From IMG/VR virus record IMGVR_UViG_3300044846_003573: a stretch of DNA of 64,000 nucleotides. One strand, 5' to 3'. Shown here piece by piece: positions 8,144-15,568 of the stretch; position 1 is the stretch's first letter; every line of letters begins with the position of its first letter. Below the pieces are notes generated by a model. That model was not told where the DNA came from. It did not search any database and worked only from the letters and a program-made list of their open reading frames with translations. The stretch is from a virus. Its lineage: Duplodnaviria > Caudoviricetes. Both the position numbers and the translations under genes were made by a program.

Positions 8144-8736
8144 TTGAAAAAATAAAAGAACTTTATTGGTCTAAAATTGGTTATAAGGTAAGAGGTTTTT
8201 TCACCTCTGTTGGTAATTTGATTAAATGGTTTCCTGTTATTTGGAAAGATAGAGATTGGGACGACCATTACATTTTTGAAGTATTCAAGTTCAAGTTAGA
8301 AAAACAAGCTAAGTACATTAAAGAAAAAGGTTTTCACACTAATTCAGACCTTGACGCTAAAAGAATGATGTTGTGTGTTAAACTGATGGAAAAAGTTCAA
8401 GAAGAGTTTTATGTAATGGAATATATGGACTACGAGGATAAAGATTTTTTCTTTGTTCCGACAGGTGATGATATTGAAGATGTATTGGATGGATATTATA
8501 TGGAGACACGTTTGAAAAAAGAAAACTTAAATGACTTTTTCAAAAAATATCCATTGGTTTATAAGAAAATTGTTACTGATAAAAAATATCATATTTTTAA
8601 AATAGACAACGAGGATTTAACTTCATACGAAGTTAAATCAAGAATTGCCTTGAATATCGGAAGATACAATCACGAAAGGGCAAGAAAGTTACTTTTTAAA
8701 ATCTTGAGTGAGAATATTGAACGTTGGTGGAATTAA
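8140..8736 (+). CDS. Conserved-looking phage hypothetical protein
   Basis: WFPVIWKDRDWDDHYIFE...LLFKILSENIERWW. Confidence 0.7.
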   Translation: MIEKIKELYWSKIGYKVRGFFTSVGNLIKWFPVIWKDRDWDDHYIFEVFKFKLEKQAKYIKEKGFHTNSDLDAKRMMLCVKLMEKVQEEFYVMEYMDYEDKDFFFVPTGDDIEDVLDGYYMETRLKKENLNDFFKKYPLVYKKIVTDKKYHIFKIDNEDLTSYEVKSRIALNIGRYNHERARKLLFKILSENIERWWN

Positions 8737-9047
8737 CCGTTAATTTCTTCTTCAGTAGTTTCTTGTACTTCTTCTACCTTAAGTTCTTCAGAATTATCTT
8801 TTGATTTTCTATAACCTAAAAGACTTGCTCCGATTCCAACAAGGACTACTGATTGTGTTACAACGTCAATATCGTTGTTTAAAAACATTTTATCAACACA
8901 ACCAACAAGGAATGTCAAACCTCCGATAAACACGATGTAAAGACCCGCCGTTCCACTTCCTGATGTCTTTCCTGAACTATTGGAAGTCATCTCGGCAAAT
9001 GAAAACTGTTTAATGTTTCCGATTTGTTTTTTAATGTATTCTTTCAT
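8733..9047 (-). CDS. Two-TM membrane protein (holin-like size)
   Basis: GLYIVFIGGLTFLVGC and SVVLVGIGASLLGYRK hydrophobic segments. Confidence 0.55.
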   Translation of the reverse strand: MKEYIKKQIGNIKQFSFAEMTSNSSGKTSGSGTAGLYIVFIGGLTFLVGCVDKMFLNNDIDVVTQSVVLVGIGASLLGYRKSKDNSEELKVEEVQETTEEEING

Positions 9048-9048
9048 T

Positions 9049-9180
9049 TTATCTTCCTTGACCTTTATAAGGTTTTTTGTAATTCTTACTTGTTTTATTG
9101 GATGTAAATTTCTTTGATGATTTACCTGATTTCTTAACTCCGAATGATAACTTCGTTGAACCTGTTGCTTTAGCTGCCAT
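9049..9180 (-). CDS. 43-aa highly basic micro-protein (not in ORF track)
   Basis: MAAKATGSTKLSFGVKKSGKSSKKFTSNKTSKNYKKPYKGQGR*; its stop is 1 nt upstream of the ATG at 9047. Confidence 0.7.
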   Translation of the reverse strand: MAAKATGSTKLSFGVKKSGKSSKKFTSNKTSKNYKKPYKGQGR

Positions 9181-9252
9181 TATTTCATTTATTTAGCAAT
9201 AAGTATATAATTTTTTTAAAATTTCGTCTATTTATTAATAAAATATTTTATT

Positions 9253-10653
9253 ATGACAAAAATAGTTAAACTAACTGAAAATGATTTAGTTGATATTATA
9301 AAAAAAGTTATTAGTGAACAAACACCTGATAGAAAAAGATTTATAACTAAATCACAGACTAAACTCACCCAAGGTGAGCGCACCCAGGGTCAGAGTAGTT
9401 ATTCAAAACAATATGAAGCATTTAAATCTGAAGGTCAGGCGACTGAAGATAATACAAAGTTCAATGATTTGAGGATTAAGGTTAACTCATTAGTAAATTT
9501 TCAGGAAAGAGATAATGGATATGTAAAAAACATTCTTGTTGGCCAATCACAGATTGATTTATGGGAAAAAATAAAAATAGATGACATGTATTATGCTGCG
9601 GATATTATTAACGCAGTTATATCTAAATCAGGGAGTGATGCATACAAATACTGTAGATTGGGGACAAATAAAACGGCATTTGAACTTACAGACCCATCTA
9701 TGACAACACCACCTGAAGATGATGAAACACCTGGGGAAGTGGATGTTGTTACAATTCCATCGGAAATTGTCCAGCAAGATTTCTTTGATAATAATAGCTC
9801 GGCATTAAAACAACCTGGAATAGATGAATTTATGGCAACTTTTATTGAACCATACAAAACAGCTTTAGCTAAAATTAGACAAACTTATCCTAATGCGGGA
9901 ATATGTATACAACGTATGTATATAGAGTCAAGTGCTAGTAGATTTAGAAATCAAGGGGGAGCAAAAGATATGAGTTTTCTTCAATTATCCGAGGCAAGGG
10001 CTAAGACTGTTGAATATTTGTTAATGAATGCCTACGGAAAATTAGGTGGTAATTGGTGTACAGGTACACGTACTACAACAATAAATGCTAAAGGACAAAA
10101 TGGTGATGGTACATCTGGACCAAATCCACCTGTTGGATATACTTTTTTACCTAAAGGTGTTGATTATAATTTTGATAATTTTGTAGATACACGTAATATG
10201 GCCCCAAAAGATAAGGCAACATACGAAGGTAAAAGAAATCAATTTGGAACTCCTGAACCTGCCGATAAAGGTGGTGCTAAGGCTTATGAAAAATATAGAT
10301 ATGTAAGACCAACAGTTGATGTTGAACTTTATTACGGTGACGAAAAACCTAATGTACCAGATACTTTGGAGGGTGAAAAAATCGCCCCTGACAAAATAGA
10401 AAGTAAAGGTCAAAAATATTGGGCGGTTTTATATAGATGGAAATTTTCAATTATTACAGGACGTAGAAAATTTGATAGAAAAAAGAAAAAAAATCATAAA
10501 AATAAAGAATATCAAAGAGTAAATAAACATCATTCTGTTCAAGAAGACCCTAGTAAAAAATGTCTTAAAAAATCTGCAGACAAAATAAAAAGAGAAATGA
10601 AGAAAGATAAAAGACGTGGAAGAAATTACTCGGATAGATATTTTTCTAAATAA
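9253..10653 (+). CDS. Leader-bearing protein with OmpA C-like motif and basic tail
   Basis: MTKIVKLTENDLVDIIKKVISE; FFDNNSSALK and LQLSEARAKTV resemble OmpA-like F..DS..L and LS..RA..V. Confidence 0.6.
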   Translation: MTKIVKLTENDLVDIIKKVISEQTPDRKRFITKSQTKLTQGERTQGQSSYSKQYEAFKSEGQATEDNTKFNDLRIKVNSLVNFQERDNGYVKNILVGQSQIDLWEKIKIDDMYYAADIINAVISKSGSDAYKYCRLGTNKTAFELTDPSMTTPPEDDETPGEVDVVTIPSEIVQQDFFDNNSSALKQPGIDEFMATFIEPYKTALAKIRQTYPNAGICIQRMYIESSASRFRNQGGAKDMSFLQLSEARAKTVEYLLMNAYGKLGGNWCTGTRTTTINAKGQNGDGTSGPNPPVGYTFLPKGVDYNFDNFVDTRNMAPKDKATYEGKRNQFGTPEPADKGGAKAYEKYRYVRPTVDVELYYGDEKPNVPDTLEGEKIAPDKIESKGQKYWAVLYRWKFSIITGRRKFDRKKKKNHKNKEYQRVNKHHSVQEDPSKKCLKKSADKIKREMKKDKRRGRNYSDRYFSK

Positions 10654-10682
10654 ACAATTGGTATAAAAATATAATTAACAAT

Positions 10683-10709
10683 AAAAAAAGGAGTTTAACT
10701 CCTTTTTTT
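10683..10709. terminator. Bidirectional terminator between convergent genes
   Basis: AAAAAAAGGAG-TTTAA-CTCCTTTTTTT. Confidence 0.8.
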
Positions 10710-10710
10710 A

Positions 10711-11250
10711 TTATTTTAAAGTTTTATTTGAAAGAATACCAACAATATAGACTGAATTGAATTTATTTACCCCAACTTGGAAATTAACTTTTGTTAGTTT
10801 TTTTTCATCCATAATTTTTCTATGTGAGTCTGATTTCATAAAAGCGTTAAATAATCTTCTTGCAAGTTCTTTATTATTTTGTTTGTGTAAAGTTTTTCCT
10901 GTTCCTATTAAAGAAATTACTTCACCCAAATCAGTATTAGAATTTGATTCTTCCGCCATTTTAGGGTAAAAGAAAGTATATCTATCGGTTAATGAATAAA
11001 ATTTAGAACCTACTTCTTGTTTATGTGAAACGTCGTCAAAATCTTTAAGATAATTTAACTGACATTCAGTTAGACAAAGTAAAGAATTATCTTCAGATAT
11101 TTTATGACCCAAACTATCACATCTTTTGTAATAAAGAATCATAAATTCTTTTTGAATTTCTTTCAAATTGATGTGACTTGGTAATTGTGATTGAGAAAAA
11201 CCAAGAACAGACATTGTAATGAAACATACTGAAAGAAATAAGTTTTTCAT
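10711..11250 (-). CDS. Secreted CAP/SCP-domain protein
   Basis: Signal peptide MKNLFLSVCFITMSVLGFS|Q; GEVI...LFNAFMKSDSHRKIM matches the CAP W..S.GH..N motif. Confidence 0.65.
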   Translation of the reverse strand: MKNLFLSVCFITMSVLGFSQSQLPSHINLKEIQKEFMILYYKRCDSLGHKISEDNSLLCLTECQLNYLKDFDDVSHKQEVGSKFYSLTDRYTFFYPKMAEESNSNTDLGEVISLIGTGKTLHKQNNKELARRLFNAFMKSDSHRKIMDEKKLTKVNFQVGVNKFNSVYIVGILSNKTLK

Positions 11251-11276
11251 AGGACTTGATTATTTAATTATTAATA

Positions 11277-11307
11277 CAAATATATACAAAATATTCCTCC
11301 ACACAAA
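11277..11307 (-). promoter_or_regulatory. Bacteroidota sigma-A-like promoter (-33 TTTG, 19 nt, -7 TATATTTG)
   Basis: CAAATATA at 11277-84 and CAAA at 11304-07 on the + strand. Confidence 0.7.
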
Positions 11308-11364
11308 TATATTTATAAATAAAGTGAACCTTGTTCATAAACTTTAAACCCACATTAATGGATA

Positions 11365-11568
11365 ATGACAAAAATGAAACGAATTCTAAAGGAAAATGTT
11401 GCCACCTATTGCCTTATGCTCGCAATGTTTTTCAACCCACTAGGATTCGACATAATGTTCAAAGCAATTTTAGACTACACAAGTTCTTATTGGATTACCA
11501 CAGGAATTTTTTACTGTATTTCAGCATTGTTATTTGGGTTGTATTTCTTATTACGAAGTAAAAAATGA
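11365..11568 (+). CDS. Small two-TM membrane protein
   Basis: YCLMLAMFFNPLGFD and YWITTGIFYCISALLFGLYFLL. Confidence 0.7.
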   Translation: MTKMKRILKENVATYCLMLAMFFNPLGFDIMFKAILDYTSSYWITTGIFYCISALLFGLYFLLRSKK

Positions 11569-12164
11569 ATATCAAAAAACTTATCAAAAAAGTTCTTACA
11601 GAATCAGTGGAGAAACCACTTATTTCAGAACATCTTAATTATCATGTGACAAATGATATACCACTAAACGATAACATCTTCAGATTTGGTTCAGAAGAGT
11701 TCTTTAATGTTATTAATGAAGGTCGTGAGTTATATTTTGAAGGAATGGTAGAATTAAGTGAAGACGATGTTGAACTTGTTGAATCTGACTTTGGAAAACA
11801 AGTAACTTTATCAAGTGGTAGAGTTGTTTTCTTGGATACTCCGATGGAAGAATCATTTATTTCTGAAGCTGAACATAATGGAAAGAAAGTTGAACTTGGT
11901 AAACCAAGAAGAAATAGTGGTGGTGGAAAGAAATATGTTGTTTATGTAAAGAACCCGTCAACAGGTAGAGTTAAGAAGATTTCATTTGGTGATGTTCATG
12001 GTGGTTTAACTGCTAAGGTATCTAACCCTAAAGCTCGTAAATCATTTGCCGCAAGACATCAGTGTTCTAAGAAAAAAGATAGATTAACTGCCGGATATTG
12101 GGCATGTCGTTTAAACCGTTTTGGTTATTTGTGGGGTGGTAAAACTTATACAGGATTTTGGTAA
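11565..12164 (+). CDS. Leader-bearing protein with conserved basic C-terminal domain seen in T4-like phages
   Basis: MNIKKLIKKVLTES...ISEA|EHNGKKVELGKP...ARKSFAARHQC...AGYWAC. Confidence 0.7.
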   Translation: MNIKKLIKKVLTESVEKPLISEHLNYHVTNDIPLNDNIFRFGSEEFFNVINEGRELYFEGMVELSEDDVELVESDFGKQVTLSSGRVVFLDTPMEESFISEAEHNGKKVELGKPRRNSGGGKKYVVYVKNPSTGRVKKISFGDVHGGLTAKVSNPKARKSFAARHQCSKKKDRLTAGYWACRLNRFGYLWGGKTYTGFW

Positions 12165-12165
12165 T

Positions 12166-12432
12166 ATGAAACCGTATAAAGATAGAAAATTAACAGAAAC
12201 TTCAAAAATTAGAGTTTTTAAATCCGATGTTGATAGTGGTGAACTACAATGGCATCGTGATAGAGAAGATAGATTGATTGAAGTTGTTCAGGGTAATGGA
12301 TGGAAATTTCAAATGGATAATCAACTACCTATAGAGTTAACTGAAGGACAAGTATTATTAATTCCTGAAGGAACTTATCACAGAATATTCAGAGGAACGT
12401 CTGATTTGGAATTAAAGATTGATTTTATTTAG
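12166..12432 (+). CDS. Cupin-domain protein
   Basis: ELQWHRDREDR...WKFQMDN...IPEGTYHRI; ATG 12166 follows the stop at 12164. Confidence 0.7.
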   Translation: MKPYKDRKLTETSKIRVFKSDVDSGELQWHRDREDRLIEVVQGNGWKFQMDNQLPIELTEGQVLLIPEGTYHRIFRGTSDLELKIDFI

Positions 12433-13045
12433 TAATCCTATCAACGATTAAATCCATAAGTCGTTTTAAGAAATTACCTGAAATTGTTATTAATCCAAAT
12501 GCTGATAATGATTTAACTAACATTTCAGTATCTTTCATATCCCATATACCCTCAGAAACTGCATCATATATCATTGGTATGATTGGAACCAAGAATGCGT
12601 AACTTAACATATTTGTCACACTGAATGCTGATAAATTCAAACTCTTTAAAAAACCTGCTAAAACAGTTTTAAGTTGATTGGCTTTAATTGCTCCCAATTT
12701 AAATGGACCTTCAAGTCCGTCTTCTTTAATTTTTTCAATAATTGATTTGGTAAAATTTCTTTCTTGAAAGAATATTACTGACGCAATACCGGCTGCAATC
12801 AATGATGAATCTTTTTCTGTTAACTCAGGTACTTGTCCATTTAACCATTGCATGATTGGACCCATAAACCCTCCGATTGCCGCACCCCATGTGAGCATCA
12901 TCTTTAAGTTTATTGAAACATGAGTTTTCGTGTCTTCAACAATCTTTTTAGTTAGTTCAACACCATCTTCTTGAACTTCTTTAATCCTATCATTTATTGC
13001 TTCAAGGATAATTTGCTTTTGAGATTCTTTAATTATATATTTCAT
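12425..13045 (-). CDS. Leader-bearing multi-TM membrane protein
   Basis: MKYIIKESQKQIILE; several hydrophobic segments. Confidence 0.65.
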   Translation of the reverse strand: MKYIIKESQKQIILEAINDRIKEVQEDGVELTKKIVEDTKTHVSINLKMMLTWGAAIGGFMGPIMQWLNGQVPELTEKDSSLIAAGIASVIFFQERNFTKSIIEKIKEDGLEGPFKLGAIKANQLKTVLAGFLKSLNLSAFSVTNMLSYAFLVPIIPMIYDAVSEGIWDMKDTEMLVKSLSAFGLITISGNFLKRLMDLIVDRITK

Positions 13046-13061
13046 TATATTTATAAATATA
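13046..13061. promoter_or_regulatory. Palindromic back-to-back late-promoter element between divergent genes
   Basis: TATATTTATAAATATA perfect 16-bp palindrome; only 15 nt separate the two start codons. Confidence 0.7.
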
Positions 13062-13663
13062 TGAGTAAGAAATTAAATCCTGAACTTAAACCTGATGATA
13101 GAATTGTTATTATTGAACTCTTAGGTGAACCTCAACTATCGTTTGGTGATAGAGGAACTGTTAAAGGAGTACAAAAAGGACCTGGATTTGTTCAGTATGT
13201 TGTTAAATGGGACAATGGGTCAAGTCTTTATTTATTGGATGAAGATAAATGGATGTATGAATCTGAGTTTGATGAAATGAGAGAACGAAAAATGAAAAAA
13301 AATATACAGGAAAATAAATCAACTGATTTAACACAACATGCGATGTTAGTAAAACATTTCAACATGTTGTTTATAAAAAGATATCTAAATAAATTAAGAG
13401 AGGCTAGTGTTGTTAATATGTTTTCGGCGGCTCCATATCTTTATATGGGTAAAGAAAGATTGGCTCATGAACACAAGTATAGTGATACTAACGAAGCCTT
13501 TGATGAATTAGTTGATATGGCCGATAAGGCTCAAGGTGAAATGGTAAACGGAGTAATCAGTATACTTGAAGATGAAAATAAAGAAGTGACAGTTGAAAAC
13601 ATTAATTCTGCTTTAAGAAGATACGCACCAAAAATTATTTCATTTTACGCAAATTACTTCTAA
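13061..13663 (+). CDS. DUF4314-like N-terminal domain plus DUF5049-like C-terminal domain
   Basis: GDRGTV...VKWDNGSSL and LREASVVNMF motifs; start at ATG 13061. Confidence 0.5.
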   Translation: MSKKLNPELKPDDRIVIIELLGEPQLSFGDRGTVKGVQKGPGFVQYVVKWDNGSSLYLLDEDKWMYESEFDEMRERKMKKNIQENKSTDLTQHAMLVKHFNMLFIKRYLNKLREASVVNMFSAAPYLYMGKERLAHEHKYSDTNEAFDELVDMADKAQGEMVNGVISILEDENKEVTVENINSALRRYAPKIISFYANYF

Positions 13664-13896
13664 AGTAAAAACAAAGGATTTCTTTCACCGAAGTGTCCAC
13701 CAACAATGTTGTAGTAGTAATATTCTAAAGCGTCTTCATAAGACATGTCTTTTTGTAATGACTCAAGTATTTTATCACGTGAATAAAGTATTCTTATACC
13801 ATTACCAAACTCTTCAACAACACCTGTAATACATTCATCAAATCCGTCTAATAGAATTGCGCCTTCGGCTAATTCTTCTACTTCTTCTTTTGTCAT
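13660..13896 (-). CDS. Small phage hypothetical protein
   Basis: LLDGFDECITGV...YSRDKIL...EDALEYY.YNI.GGH.GE.NP. Confidence 0.7.
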   Translation of the reverse strand: MTKEEVEELAEGAILLDGFDECITGVVEEFGNGIRILYSRDKILESLQKDMSYEDALEYYYYNIVGGHFGERNPLFLL

Positions 13897-14402
13897 TTGT
13901 TTTTGTAGTCTTCTAATGTGATTCCTTCTGTGTCTTTATCACTAATCCTAATTTTAAAGTTAAATCCTCTCATGTATTTGGTGATAATGTCTTTCACTTC
14001 TTCTATTGTATCCCATTGAATACATCCTTCGTGTTCTTTAGAATAATCATTATCAACCAAGTAGTTAACTATTGTCCCACTTTGAAGTGTTAAAAATCCG
14101 TGAGCGTAACCTTTTGGAACATATACCGATTCACCTGAGGTCAAAACAAATGTTTCAAGTTTACCAAAGTTCTCACTGTCTTTATCCAAGTTAATAACAA
14201 AATCAATAATCTTTCCTTGAATAACGGAAACTAATTTGGTTTGAGCCATTGGTTCATCTTGATAATGTAATCCACGAAATACAAATATATCGTCGTTTAT
14301 ACTAATATTTGATTGAACCCACTTGTCAGAAAGTTTAATTGGGGTGAAAGACCCACGATGGTCTTTAAAAACTGGTTGTAATAGTTGGTAAGGTTTTTCC
14401 AT
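13893..14402 (-). CDS. rmlC: dTDP-4-dehydrorhamnose 3,5-epimerase
   Basis: FKDHRGSF, VFRGLHYQ, QTKLVSVIQG, YVPKGYAHGF.TL, YLVDN.Y. Confidence 0.88.
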   Translation of the reverse strand: MEKPYQLLQPVFKDHRGSFTPIKLSDKWVQSNISINDDIFVFRGLHYQDEPMAQTKLVSVIQGKIIDFVINLDKDSENFGKLETFVLTSGESVYVPKGYAHGFLTLQSGTIVNYLVDNDYSKEHEGCIQWDTIEEVKDIITKYMRGFNFKIRISDKDTEGITLEDYKNK

Positions 14403-14466
14403 GTGTAAAATATAATAAATTAATATTATTCAATCAACCATATATTTATCTAGAAAACAATTATAT

Positions 14467-14928
14467 ATGAGAAACGCATTTTTTTTGAATATTACTAAAG
14501 AAGAAAAAGAATCAATACAAGATAAACACAAAAGTCAATATGATGGATATGTTACTCGTGGATTTAACACACCAAAAGAACAGATACTTAATGTAGAAAA
14601 TTTGGCGTTAGATGAAAAAGGAATTACAGTATCTAATATGGGTGAAGTTAAAGAATATACGAACAAAGAAGTTAATAGAAAACTTAAAAAAGTTTGTGAA
14701 CAATGTAATGGTTTATATGAAGGTGAAATGTGTGAACAGTGTTCATCTATGAAAGAGGGAGAACAATGTGAACAATGTGGTGAAATGAAAGAAGGTGAAA
14801 CATGTGAGTGTGGAACTAAAGGATATTCTATGGAAGAAATTGAGGAAAGTATCAAACTAAAATCAAAAGCTCCGTTAGTTAAAGAAGATATCAGTGAATC
14901 ATTAAATTGGTTTAAGAGACTTTTGTAA
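14467..14928 (+). CDS. Late protein with repeated CEQC motifs
   Basis: CEQC x3 plus CEC, spaced by xEG; TATTTAT at 14443. Confidence 0.65.
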   Translation: MRNAFFLNITKEEKESIQDKHKSQYDGYVTRGFNTPKEQILNVENLALDEKGITVSNMGEVKEYTNKEVNRKLKKVCEQCNGLYEGEMCEQCSSMKEGEQCEQCGEMKEGETCECGTKGYSMEEIEESIKLKSKAPLVKEDISESLNWFKRLL

Positions 14929-14929
14929 A

Positions 14930-15265
14930 ATGAACATCAAAGAAATAGTTGATTATTACTATAATCCAAAATCTGAAATACTACAGGTTAGTTTTAGATT
15001 AGAGGAAGATGGTGATGATGAAATAAGAGAACATGAATTTGAACTGGACTTTATTGAAAAGTCCGGTTTTTTCATTTTGGAAAACTATGATTACGAATCA
15101 AGTGATTTCCCAATTATATATGAAGAAGATACTGACGAACTTATAATTGATGAAGAAGCGTCAGATGAAAAGGAATATGAAATTGATACTGATGAACTGA
15201 CATCATTTATGGAAGAATACTATAGTTCAAATCCAAAGAAAGTACCACCTTCGTTTTTATTCTAA
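14930..15265 (+). CDS. Acidic hypothetical protein
   Basis: 111-aa D/E-rich ORF, 1 nt after the previous stop. Confidence 0.65.
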   Translation: MNIKEIVDYYYNPKSEILQVSFRLEEDGDDEIREHEFELDFIEKSGFFILENYDYESSDFPIIYEEDTDELIIDEEASDEKEYEIDTDELTSFMEEYYSSNPKKVPPSFLF

Positions 15266-15307
15266 TAACTCCACTTTTTTTATTGGTTAACTTATATTTA
15301 TGTAATA

Positions 15308-15568
15308 ATGATACACGACGTTGATTACATAATTTCATTGCTTAAAAAATTAACTACTGATAATGGAAAAAAAGGTAGTAAAGACGAATTAGGTGAGCAA
15401 GACGCAGCAGCTCCTGCTGCTGGAGGTGGAACATCTAACACGAATAAAAGAGGCAGTAATTGGAATGAATTATATGCGACTGTCAGAGGTAAGGCTAATA
15501 TGTTAGGTAAGAAAGGTGAAAAATGGGATTCGGGTGTTAAACGAGGTACCGCAAATCAAATTTGGTAA
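15308..15568 (+). CDS. Small late protein with duplicated W...RG.AN motif
   Basis: WNELYATVRGKANML / WDSGVKRGTANQIW; TATTTAT 6 nt upstream. Confidence 0.65.
   Translation: MIHDVDYIISLLKKLTTDNGKKGSKDELGEQDAAAPAAGGGTSNTNKRGSNWNELYATVRGKANMLGKKGEKWDSGVKRGTANQIW

Noticed and set aside
11331-11561. Alternative-frame ORF overlapping 11365..11568
   Set aside because: The other frame gives a clean two-TM protein coupled by ATGA to the next gene.
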